From a virus: a stretch of DNA of 64,000 bases. Location: the IMG/VR virus record IMGVR_UViG_3300028364_000026, positions 24,630-88,629 of that record. One strand, written 5' to 3'. Both the position numbers and the translations under genes were made by a program. Below, in pieces: positions 36,809 to 45,826 of the stretch; positions within the stretch are counted from its first letter, which is position 1; the number at the start of each line of letters is the position of its first letter. The notes beneath the pieces are model-generated. The model was not told the origin of the DNA and ran no database searches. It was given only the letters and a program-made list of their open reading frames with translations.

Positions 36809-38098
36809 TTAGATTAATTCATCTAAATCAAACCCCTCATTTTCATTAGACTCACCCATTAAATCCTCAAAATTAAATGTACCTGATGACATATCTTCAG
36901 TTTCATTCGTTTCTTCATCATTTGAATAAATTTCAGTCATAGCATCATTAAATTCGTCTTCATCTAAATCTTTTCTTATCTCTAAAACTAAATCAGAAAT
37001 AATTTGTTTACCTTCAGTGGTATTAGCCATTATTTCTCTCATCTTAGTATTAAATTCATCCACTGGTAAAGCAGCTATTTCAGAATAAATGTGGTGTTTC
37101 AAACTAAAGTCTTTTGAGTCAATAGTATTGGTGAATCTATCCCATAATGCTGGTCCAATTCTCATATCCCAAGGCTCTGCTTCCAAAAAATCGGCCTTAT
37201 TAATTACAAATTCACCTATTTTTTTATCTTTAGGTAATCCGTGTCCAGAAAGTAATTCCATAACACCTTTTACTAATTCATGTATAAGAACTGGAAAAAC
37301 AAGAGCTTGTACATAAATTACAGCCTTTGGGTTATCTTTAGATGGGAACTGTACCTTAACAACACCGCCAGCAACCCCGTTTTCCATTTTAGGTATGATA
37401 TAATACATGTAATCAGCGGCAGCCATTAACTTAGCGTACTTACTAGGTAAACGCCCTTCCATTTCACTCAGTTCGTCATCAACTAAATGAAACATATGTG
37501 AGGATTTTTTTGACGCTCCTTGAATCATAGCATTTAAAAAACGTCTTTTATACACTTCTTTATTTGCGTTAACCATTTCCCCATGGTTATCAAACTCTAA
37601 GTCTGTTGTTAATGGTTTTGGTGATTTCTTAGTACCGATAAGACTTATTTTATTAACTAATTCTGCGTTTATTTCAACAACATCTTCTGACATATCATAC
37701 TCTTCACGTATCATAGAAATAGCTAATTTTTCTAGCTCTTTTTTGTGAGAAGATTCCATTTTAATTGTGTCATTTAAAATAGGCATCATTTCTGAAATAA
37801 CTTGCTGATTATCTATTTTTTCTAAATCAAAAGCTCTCTTGTATCTAGTTGCTACTTCTTTAAACCTTTTACCCATTATTTTTTGTTCAAAAGAATCTTC
37901 ATCACCTTCTGGGAAAATTGTGTGCTTACCTAACGAATGTCTTTGTTCAGCTAATTCAGTTTCTAAATCTGGATGCATCCTTTCATTCATTCCATCTGGG
38001 TAAACAACAGCTTCATTCAACCTAGATTTAGATTGGACCGTTTTTTTTAGTTTTGCTTTTCTTAAAACTTCTTCCGCTATTTTTTTATAATCAGCCAT
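36809..38098 (-). CDS. Hypothetical head-module protein
   Basis: 429-aa ORF upstream of TerL. Confidence 0.75.
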   Translation of the reverse strand: MADYKKIAEEVLRKAKLKKTVQSKSRLNEAVVYPDGMNERMHPDLETELAEQRHSLGKHTIFPEGDEDSFEQKIMGKRFKEVATRYKRAFDLEKIDNQQVISEMMPILNDTIKMESSHKKELEKLAISMIREEYDMSEDVVEINAELVNKISLIGTKKSPKPLTTDLEFDNHGEMVNANKEVYKRRFLNAMIQGASKKSSHMFHLVDDELSEMEGRLPSKYAKLMAAADYMYYIIPKMENGVAGGVVKVQFPSKDNPKAVIYVQALVFPVLIHELVKGVMELLSGHGLPKDKKIGEFVINKADFLEAEPWDMRIGPALWDRFTNTIDSKDFSLKHHIYSEIAALPVDEFNTKMREIMANTTEGKQIISDLVLEIRKDLDEDEFNDAMTEIYSNDEETNETEDMSSGTFNFEDLMGESNENEGFDLDELI

Positions 38099-38102
38099 TA
38101 TT

Positions 38103-39047
38103 TTATTTCTTTTGTTTTAATTTTTTTTTATCGTTAATGGATTTTAGTAATTCATTTTTAGTTATAACTAAATTTTCATTAGTTGCCTCTAGTTTAGCAA
38201 TATCTTTTAACCCATTAATTAATGTTAATAAACCATTTCTAGGTACACCAATCATTTCAGCAAATGCTGAAATCACTTCTCTTTTAGCTACGGGTGTTCT
38301 AATTGTATCAATAATGTTACTAGGTACCCTTTTAAGTATCATATCCATTAATTTCTTAGCTTTTACATGCATTTTTTCATCAGACTCTTCATCAGACTCT
38401 TCACCATTGGGTGTCAGCTCGTTTAAAACATCTGTTTTTCTTTTAGAAGCACCAAATAGTTTTTCATTCATGTATTTTTTAAACTTAGGTGTGTTCATGT
38501 AAGATTCATTATCTCCTTTATTAGAAGATAAAATTTCTTCAACAGTTCTAAACTTTCTAATCTCATTTGTTTCTTTATCAACTAAATAATGTTTAAACCC
38601 TTCATAGGTGTCAGGACCGTTATTTACATTTGATGTATCCATATTTTCCTTTGCTAACATTGGTTTAGCAACATTCATTTCAAATTCTTCAATTGAATGG
38701 ATAATGTTTTCACCAGTTTCATTTAAATCATCGTAACAATAAACACCCATAACCAATTTATTTTCAGAGTTTTTACCTCTAACCATTTGGTATTTTTTAT
38801 CAGAAATAGTAAACGGTTGTGACACCTCACCACTCTGGGTATCTCTAACATTTGAAAGATATCTAATCCCTTGGTTTGGTTTATCAATAATCATATTTCC
38901 AGAAACGTCTTCGTCTACAACATTTACACTAACATTGGTACCTAATTTTTCGACATTTGAAGCAACTATTGGGTCACCCAAATTCTTTTTTGTTATGTTT
39001 ACCGTTGTTTTTCCTTTATCATCGTTTTCTTTTATCTTATTTTCCAT
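38103..39047 (-). CDS. Hypothetical protein
   Basis: 314-aa ORF. Confidence 0.75.
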   Translation of the reverse strand: MENKIKENDDKGKTTVNITKKNLGDPIVASNVEKLGTNVSVNVVDEDVSGNMIIDKPNQGIRYLSNVRDTQSGEVSQPFTISDKKYQMVRGKNSENKLVMGVYCYDDLNETGENIIHSIEEFEMNVAKPMLAKENMDTSNVNNGPDTYEGFKHYLVDKETNEIRKFRTVEEILSSNKGDNESYMNTPKFKKYMNEKLFGASKRKTDVLNELTPNGEESDEESDEKMHVKAKKLMDMILKRVPSNIIDTIRTPVAKREVISAFAEMIGVPRNGLLTLINGLKDIAKLEATNENLVITKNELLKSINDKKKLKQKK

Positions 39048-39441
39048 TTTTTAATATATAATTTAGTATTAGGTCTCTTTCATATAACTTAGTTTCAACA
39101 TCTTCCATGGTCTCACCATATTTAAAAATTAATCTGGATTCTGGGTACGTTTCTAAATCATCTAAGTTTTCCCACGCTAAAGCCACAACACCATCAATTG
39201 CATCCCAAACAGCAAAGATAGTGCTGTTTTGAATAACATCTAAAAGTAACTCAGTTTCAATTCGCCCAACACTATTTATAAAAACATCATTGGGTGGGTC
39301 TGGTTGCCCAGAAGCTGGTACAGCATCCCATTGTCCTCCATCAACATCTTTAAGTGTGTCAGAGAAGATAAACTCATATATAAAATTATCTTTATAATCT
39401 TTACCAATGACATTGATGTATATTAAGAATTTATTTTTCAT
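39037..39441 (-). CDS. Hypothetical protein
   Basis: Coupled to both neighbours. Confidence 0.75.
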   Translation of the reverse strand: MKNKFLIYINVIGKDYKDNFIYEFIFSDTLKDVDGGQWDAVPASGQPDPPNDVFINSVGRIETELLLDVIQNSTIFAVWDAIDGVVALAWENLDDLETYPESRLIFKYGETMEDVETKLYERDLILNYILKNGK

Positions 39442-41222
39442 TAGTTAACATAAAAATTTAATTCGTAAGTATTATCATCTACACCTCTATTGTAAACTTG
39501 GATAGCTAATGCTTTTCTTTGTGGTTTACCATTCTTTGTTAATTCAATTGTATGTCTTCTAGTTTCGTCTGGCCTTGGTTTACCTCGACCAAAACTAATT
39601 TCTGTACTCCAAGAATCCTCATCAATTTCATATCCTTTAGCTTCAACGCTTTGTTTTGCAAATTGTACAGCACCAGAATAAGTCTCAAAATAAACTCCAT
39701 CTACTTGTTCTTTCATAGCTTTTGGGTCTGGTTGAACTATTGGTGATGGTAAAAAAGGTTTACTACGTCTACTTGGTTTTGTTTCTGGTTTTGTCATCGG
39801 TTTTATAATCGGTTCTGTATCAGGCATTTTGTCTTCTTCTTGGTTAAAAGTTTCTTTAATCATATCTTTTAAATATTTTTTGTCAAAGATAATATTTTTT
39901 TTAGTAATTAACAAGCTTTCAGTAACTATTTTAGACACTGGTTTTTTAGACCACATTTTACAAGACCAATATTTTGGTGTTGTTTTATCCTTTGCTTCAG
40001 CACAGTTATGTCTAGCTCTAAAAGCTTTTTTTCTTTTAGGGTCATCTCTTTTAATCTCCATATTTGGGTCACCAAAATTAATTTTTACAACATTACCTTT
40101 GCTGTTTTTAACGTAAACTTTGAATTTCTTAACATCACCTCTTGTTGGTTTATTTAAGGTTTTATCATCATTCTTACCTTCATAAATATTTAATTCTTCT
40201 ATGTTACCATGTTCGTCCTCATAACCATTTTCGTTATCACCATAATACTCCATAGAATCATCTTCTATATTAGATTCAAAAAAGTGGTATACCTCCTCGA
40301 TGTCGTCAGTTGAACTACTGACATGGTCAACAGCCCACGCATGACCATTAGCACACATTTCATCAACTTGTTGTCGGTCCATTTCTAATAATTCACCAGA
40401 AGCGTGGTGAATCGTTTTAAGGTTTTGCCAAAACATATAGTTCATTGATTCACCCCTTTCTGAATCCATTTCGTTTTCAGTCGTTAATTTACTCCCTTCA
40501 CTAATTGGTACACAGTTAGGTACTTCTTTACCCCCTTTTTCTTTCATACCTATTTGCTCATATCCTTTCCAACATGGTTTTGTTTCACCTAAAATATCGT
40601 TAGACCCTTCTTGAAACATATTATTTTTTTTAGGTAAACCTAAAAAAAAGCCATCATTTTCAAAAATTTGAAATTCGTTCACTTCTTCTTCTTCTTGGTC
40701 ATTGTTGTCGTTATCACTAAAATCGACATCATTAGAATCATTATCTTCATTAGAATCGTTATCTTCATTAGAATCGTTGGACCCATCATCATTTCCAGAG
40801 GTATTTACCTTTTTAATAATGTCGTCTTTATCCTCATCATTCATTTGACTTGTATGTGTAGCAGATAATAAAGAATTTATTGCAAACTTTTCCAGTTCAA
40901 AATCTGGTTGTCCTTGAGTTTCTGAATATTTTCTTAACGATTGACCTAATTTACCTGTTAATTGTTGGATGAATTTTTTAGGGTCGCTTTCTTCGTCAGC
41001 ATCAACACCAGCATCAAAAGGTGCATCATCAAATGGTTTATCGTCACCCATACTTTCCGTATCATCATTACCTAAATCGTCAAAACCAGCATCATCATTA
41101 CCTAAATCGTCAAAACCAGCATCATCCGCTGGTTCTGAAATAGGTTGTTCAGTTGGAGCGGCTGGTGCTGGTGCATCAACCTTCAACTTATATTTTGTTT
41201 CTGATAAAGTACTTACACTACT
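39441..41222 (-). CDS. Multi-module acidic protein, probably the -1 frame continuation of 41213-41812
   Basis: Frame stays open upstream of TTG 41186 through the A10 run (KSSVSTLSETKYKLK); contains CWKGY...VPNC and FRARHNC..YWSC modules. Confidence 0.65.
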   Translation of the reverse strand, partial: SSVSTLSETKYKLKVDAPAPAAPTEQPISEPADDAGFDDLGNDDAGFDDLGNDDTESMGDDKPFDDAPFDAGVDADEESDPKKFIQQLTGKLGQSLRKYSETQGQPDFELEKFAINSLLSATHTSQMNDEDKDDIIKKVNTSGNDDGSNDSNEDNDSNEDNDSNDVDFSDNDNNDQEEEEVNEFQIFENDGFFLGLPKKNNMFQEGSNDILGETKPCWKGYEQIGMKEKGGKEVPNCVPISEGSKLTTENEMDSERGESMNYMFWQNLKTIHHASGELLEMDRQQVDEMCANGHAWAVDHVSSSTDDIEEVYHFFESNIEDDSMEYYGDNENGYEDEHGNIEELNIYEGKNDDKTLNKPTRGDVKKFKVYVKNSKGNVVKINFGDPNMEIKRDDPKRKKAFRARHNCAEAKDKTTPKYWSCKMWSKKPVSKIVTESLLITKKNIIFDKKYLKDMIKETFNQEEDKMPDTEPIIKPMTKPETKPSRRSKPFLPSPIVQPDPKAMKEQVDGVYFETYSGAVQFAKQSVEAKGYEIDEDSWSTEISFGRGKPRPDETRRHTIELTKNGKPQRKALAIQVYNRGVDDNTYELNFYVN

Positions 41223-41812
41223 TTTTTTTTTAACATATCGTCTTCAGTTTCAATCATAGCATCAATAGCTAGTTCTTCCTCTGTTAAACCATAAGTCTCA
41301 TCTTCATCATCAATAAATGGGTCTGAAAAATTTTCATCATCATAATCAATTCCATCCTGATTGCCATCTAAATTACCAACACCAGAAAACCCATTATTAT
41401 TTTCGCTAGAAAAAGCGGCCCCAGTTGCCATTTCACGTAATAAATTATCGTTTAATGAAATATTAATGTCTAGAACTTTACCGTTAGCTTCTGCCAATGA
41501 TTTAAAACTAACACTTAAATTTCTTTTAGCTTTTTCATAAGATGAATATGCTTCTGTCATTTTATTTTGTAATCCTCCAATATATTTAAAATCTTCGGTT
41601 ACTAAATCAGATGTTTTTGTAGATACTTTGATGAAATAATTTTTATTCTCTCTCACAATCGCATACGCCTTACCATCTGGACCAAGTTTAGTTAACTCAA
41701 CAGCATAATTACTTCTGTTTTCTACAATAGGTTTAATCCCCATCAACTCAATCATCCTTTCGTTGATTTCTCTACCTTTTAATCCGTTTGGATTTATACT
41801 TAAATTTTTCAT
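41213..41812 (-). CDS. Hypothetical protein ending just after an A10 run
   Basis: Ends TTA AAA AAA AAA GTA GTG TAA. Confidence 0.75.
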   Translation of the reverse strand: MKNLSINPNGLKGREINERMIELMGIKPIVENRSNYAVELTKLGPDGKAYAIVRENKNYFIKVSTKTSDLVTEDFKYIGGLQNKMTEAYSSYEKAKRNLSVSFKSLAEANGKVLDINISLNDNLLREMATGAAFSSENNNGFSGVGNLDGNQDGIDYDDENFSDPFIDDEDETYGLTEEELAIDAMIETEDDMLKKKVV

Positions 41813-41829
41813 TTTTTATTTATTTTTTT

Positions 41830-42075
41830 TTAAACTGCGTTAATACTTCCAGTATAAACATCTATGTTATGTCCTAGTAAGAAACAACCGCTACCGTTTG
41901 AAATAGTTCTAATTGCTATATTAATAGACGATGAAGGTCCAATATTAATAGGTATTCCATTAATATTTGGTGTACACCCCAAGCTACCACCATATATTTG
42001 AGTATATGTATGGGCACTAAAATTTGGTGTTTCTGCTGGTACTATCTTACTAAATATGTTATAAGTGATTGCCAT
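41830..42075 (-). CDS. Small hypothetical protein
   Basis: Late box at 42091-42099. Confidence 0.65.
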   Translation of the reverse strand: MAITYNIFSKIVPAETPNFSAHTYTQIYGGSLGCTPNINGIPINIGPSSSINIAIRTISNGSGCFLLGHNIDVYTGSINAV

Positions 42076-42350
42076 TTATTTATGTTTTACTATAAATATA
42101 AAAATAAACACAAATGTTTATTTTTTTATTTATTAAATTTTACCAGTCTTCAAATTCATCTAAAGATAAATCTATGTTGGGCGTTGAAGACTGAACATTA
42201 TCTATCCCTTCTCGACTATCACTTAAAACTTTTTTAACGTAAGTTTTATTTAATTCAACTAAACGTTTAACTAAATTTGCTTCAGTTTCGAAGTATGAGA
42301 ACCATTCATATTTATCATAAAAGAGTTTATTATAAATACAGTTTAAAAAC

Positions 42351-42376
42351 AAAAAGCACCCTATAGGGTGCTTTTT
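42351..42376. terminator. Bidirectional-type terminator
   Basis: AAAAAGCACCC-TATA-GGGTGCTTTTT. Confidence 0.8.
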
Positions 42377-42410
42377 ATCTATTTATCTTAAAATAATTGA
42401 ATATAATATT

Positions 42411-43463
42411 TTAATTACTTAAGGGTAAATCTATTTTATCATGTGATTGGTAATTCTCTAAAATAAAATCATCTTTACTTAATTCTGATATTTTACTAAA
42501 ATCATTTCCCAACTCACGATAAAATTCGTCTGATTTAATGTGTTTTATCATTGGTAATTCGAATGACTTTCTATTTAATTGCTCTTTTATTGGTTCTAAG
42601 TGATTTGAATACAAATGAACGTCACCTAAAGCTGCAATTAACTCGTATGGTACCATATTAACAATCTTACCTAATATGGTCAGTAAAAGCCCGTATGAGG
42701 CAACATTAAATGGGATACCCAAACCTAAATCCCCAGACCGTTGACTCCACATTAGTGAAATCTTTCTGGTAGGTAATTCATCATCACCACCCTCTACAAT
42801 CATTCCATGTTTTTCAACCATTAAATCCGTGTATTCGTCCACTGTTAATTCTCTAGTATAAACTTGAAAATTAAAGTGACATGGTGGTAAAACAGATTTA
42901 CTTATATCACCTACGTTCCAAGCATTAACAATAAGTCTTCTTGAATCTGGATTTTCTTTTAAGTTTTCAATTAAGGAAGTTATTTGGTCTATTTCATGTG
43001 TTGAAATATTAATATTAGATGAATCTAAAGCTTCCCATTTTCTCCATTGGGAACCGTATATTGGTCCTAATTCACCATATTTATCACCAAAATCAACATC
43101 GGTTTTAATTTTTTCAATAAAGTCTTTCATTGAAAGAACAATGGTTTCTGAACTACTACCATAATTGTTCTTTTCGTTATTTTTTAAGTAGGCTTTATAG
43201 CAGTCACCATTCCAAATGTTACACCCACCCAACACCAAAGGTCTAATGTTAGTTTCCCCACGTAAGAACCAAAGAAGTTCAGTTACCATCGTTTTCCAAG
43301 CCATTTTCTTCGTGGTCAACAACGGAAAACCATCGGACATATCATGTCTAATCATTCTACCGAATACGCTTTTAGTTCCAGTTCCTGTTCTATCTCCTTT
43401 AATGACCCCATTTTCTAGTATGTCAGTTACCAAAGATAGATAACTTGCATCTATTTTATTCAT
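42411..43463 (-). CDS. thyA: Thymidylate synthase
   Basis: DRTGTGT, ELLWFL, GPIYGSQW, SRR, LPPCH, QRSGD...PFN, HLYSNH. Confidence 0.95.
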   Translation of the reverse strand: MNKIDASYLSLVTDILENGVIKGDRTGTGTKSVFGRMIRHDMSDGFPLLTTKKMAWKTMVTELLWFLRGETNIRPLVLGGCNIWNGDCYKAYLKNNEKNNYGSSSETIVLSMKDFIEKIKTDVDFGDKYGELGPIYGSQWRKWEALDSSNINISTHEIDQITSLIENLKENPDSRRLIVNAWNVGDISKSVLPPCHFNFQVYTRELTVDEYTDLMVEKHGMIVEGGDDELPTRKISLMWSQRSGDLGLGIPFNVASYGLLLTILGKIVNMVPYELIAALGDVHLYSNHLEPIKEQLNRKSFELPMIKHIKSDEFYRELGNDFSKISELSKDDFILENYQSHDKIDLPLSN

Positions 43464-43467
43464 ATAT

Positions 43468-43869
43468 TTATTTTTTTATTTTTATGTGATTGACTATAAT
43501 ATCTTTAATTTTGTCTTGTTCTATTTTATAAAGTGCAATAATTTCTTCTATCCTCCCATCCTCAAAATAACGATTATATATCAAATTAGACAACATTTTT
43601 TCATATTTAAAAAAAATATGATTTGGTGATTCGTCAATTGAAATGAAAAATATTTTCTCTACCTCATATTTATCAAACTTAATTAATAATTTAGCGGAGC
43701 GTGTATATCTTGCCAAGATAGTTACATTTGTTTCAATAGTGACATTTTTTTTACCAAACTGCCACATAATTGAACCTCCAGATAGTTGTGGTTCTGGTAT
43801 TTCTACAAAAGATTTAAATGGGATGTGGTTATTTAGAATAAAATCTACATATTTCTCGGAAATATTCAT
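43468..43869 (-). CDS. Hypothetical protein
   Basis: Coupled ORF. Confidence 0.65.
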   Translation of the reverse strand: MNISEKYVDFILNNHIPFKSFVEIPEPQLSGGSIMWQFGKKNVTIETNVTILARYTRSAKLLIKFDKYEVEKIFFISIDESPNHIFFKYEKMLSNLIYNRYFEDGRIEEIIALYKIEQDKIKDIIVNHIKIKK

Positions 43870-44312
43870 TACGACTTAACGGTTTCCTCGTAATCACTAA
43901 TACTTTTTCGCAATTCTTCAATCGACCCTTTTGTGATATTCACATTTTTAACATAGGTTGAGACAATATTCAACATATCAGATATTAATTTTTTTACAGC
44001 TACTTCTGGTGTTATCTTAGACTGTAATGTAGACAAATCCTTTACTTCAGCCAATATTACCGTAGTATCAATAGGTGATAATTTTGTTGTTTTGTATTTT
44101 TTTATATGAGTGTTCATAACTGAACCTTGACTATCAGCAATTTCAAATCGCATGTAATCTGTTTTCGACACACCTTCATATATGTATTGACCACCATTAG
44201 AAAATATAATGGTCAAACTTGATGTTTTTGTGTTGTAAATTGATGCACAAATATTCGTTGATGAATATATTGCTTTTACTGAATCATTTTCTTCTACTTT
44301 TTTAAGAATCAT
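43869..44312 (-). CDS. KTSC-domain protein
   Basis: SSTNICASIYN...LTIIFSNGGQYIYEGV...ADSQGSVMNTHIK. Confidence 0.75.
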   Translation of the reverse strand: MILKKVEENDSVKAIYSSTNICASIYNTKTSSLTIIFSNGGQYIYEGVSKTDYMRFEIADSQGSVMNTHIKKYKTTKLSPIDTTVILAEVKDLSTLQSKITPEVAVKKLISDMLNIVSTYVKNVNITKGSIEELRKSISDYEETVKS

Positions 44313-44333
44313 TTTTTTTTCTTTTTTTTTTTA

Positions 44334-44555
44334 TTATTTATTTTTGTGTATTCTAAAACTTTTAATGAGGTCTAAATTAATAATTTCTCCAGTTTCTATG
44401 TCATCATTAATTGTTATAATTACCATTGAATTTCCAGTAATAAAGTACTTACAATTAGTGTATTCGTGACGGATTGTACTAAATAAAGACCCACTACCTT
44501 TACTCAATGTTATCAACTCAATCATAGTGTATACGCTGTCAGCATTGTCGTTCAT
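44334..44555 (-). CDS. Small hypothetical protein
   Basis: ATG 44555 follows a TATTTTTG box (44568-44575, minus strand). Confidence 0.55.
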   Translation of the reverse strand: MNDNADSVYTMIELITLSKGSGSLFSTIRHEYTNCKYFITGNSMVIITINDDIETGEIINLDLIKSFRIHKNK

Positions 44556-44567
44556 TATAATTTTAAC

Positions 44568-44629
44568 CAAAAATACAACTATTTATTGATAAAACAATGT
44601 TGTAAAACAAAATAATAGTCGTACCTTTG
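44568..44629. promoter_or_regulatory. Divergent pair of Bacteroidota-type TAnnTTTG boxes
   Basis: TATTTTTG (-, 44568-44575) and TACCTTTG (+, 44622-44629). Confidence 0.6.
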
Positions 44630-44657
44630 TCAGGATACAAAAAATTAAACTTATAAA

Positions 44658-45446
44658 ATGAGAGAAGTATATCCAGAAGTAAAAAAAATAATGAAAGACG
44701 CTATTGATGAAGCAAAGTCTTTTGATGATGTTAAAATTAGACCAGAACATATAATTTTAGCCATTCTGGTTGACGATAATAATGAATGTAATATTATATT
44801 TAAAACTTTAAAAGTTGATAACCTAGTATTATATGATAAAATTGCTGAATTTTTAAGGCAAAATGATTTAACACCTAGAGTTGGTGGTAAAAAAACTTTA
44901 CCTTTTTCAGATGAAACAAAACAAATCATTAAAGGGATTGATTTAGAATGTGATAAGTTGAATAATACTTCAGTTTCAAGTAAGCACATAATGTTGTCCA
45001 TATTATCAACTAACTTACCAATAAATTCAGTTTTAAGTGAACACGCAGTAACATATAATACTTTTAAAAAAATGATAATAAACATGAGTGACGAACAAGT
45101 GAATAATAGTTTTGAGAGCGACCAAGTTGATGATTCGGGTCCCTTAAAAAATAAAAAACCAATTGACAACAAAAGTAAAACACCCGTTTTAAATAACTTT
45201 TGTAGAGACATTAGTAAATCAGTTGAACGTGGTGAAATCGACCCAGTGGTAGGTCGTAGTGAAGAAATTAAAACTATAACACAAATCCTTTCTTGTAGAA
45301 AGAAAAACAATCCAGTACTTATTGGAGAACCTGGGGTTGGTAAGTGTGTTACCTCTGATACTGAAGTAGTTATGCGTAACGATATAACTGGTGAAGTATT
45401 TAAAACAACAATAAATAATTTATTAAATACTATCACTAACAACTAG
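44658..45446 (+). CDS. clpC: ClpC N-terminal half fused to split-intein N fragment
   Basis: Clp N-domain repeats (PEHIILAIL, SKHIMLSIL), DPVVGR, KKNNPVLIGEPGVGK, then CVTSDTEV. Confidence 0.9.
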   Translation: MREVYPEVKKIMKDAIDEAKSFDDVKIRPEHIILAILVDDNNECNIIFKTLKVDNLVLYDKIAEFLRQNDLTPRVGGKKTLPFSDETKQIIKGIDLECDKLNNTSVSSKHIMLSILSTNLPINSVLSEHAVTYNTFKKMIINMSDEQVNNSFESDQVDDSGPLKNKKPIDNKSKTPVLNNFCRDISKSVERGEIDPVVGRSEEIKTITQILSCRKKNNPVLIGEPGVGKCVTSDTEVVMRNDITGEVFKTTINNLLNTITNN

Positions 45447-45826
45447 AATATATGAATGAATTAAAAAAAATAACTAAATCCGTTGATATGTCTGGATTTA
45501 GTGTATTAACGGATAATGGTTTTCAGAAGTTAGAAAAACTACATGAAACCATACCATATGACGTATATCAGTTAAAACTAAGTGATGGTAAGGGACTTAA
45601 ATGTGCTGATAACCATATTGTTTTTACAGTTAATGGTGATGAAATATTTGTTAAAAACCTAAAAGTAGGGGATTCAATTATTACTCAATACGATGAATTA
45701 GGTCAAGCAAAAGAATCTGAGGTAACTGAGTTAACCAATTTAGGTTATGAAGAAATAATGTATGACTTTGAATTGACTGAAGGGTCCAATAGAAGATACT
45801 ATACCAATGGGATATTATCGCACAAT
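45345..45826 (+). mobile_element. Naturally split intein: IntN 33 aa (45345-45443), IntC 125 aa (45452-45826)
   Basis: Block A lies before the TAG. Block B (CADNH), F (MYDF) and G (ILSHN|T) follow a new ATG in a different frame. Confidence 0.88.

Noticed and set aside
42140-42352. 70-aa minus-strand ORF
   Set aside because: Its TTG start abuts the terminator and precedes a late-like box, with no in-frame ATG. It may be a real small gene or a relic, but I cannot support a call.
44651-45442. 263-aa minus-strand ORF, and other antisense ORFs such as 15225-15800, 38053-38502 and 52095-52457
   Set aside because: They lie fully opposite well-supported genes and show no motifs.
45444-45454. Stop-codon reassignment (TAG read-through) explaining the ClpC break
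   Set aside because: The downstream ORF is in a different frame, and long genes translate intact in the standard code.
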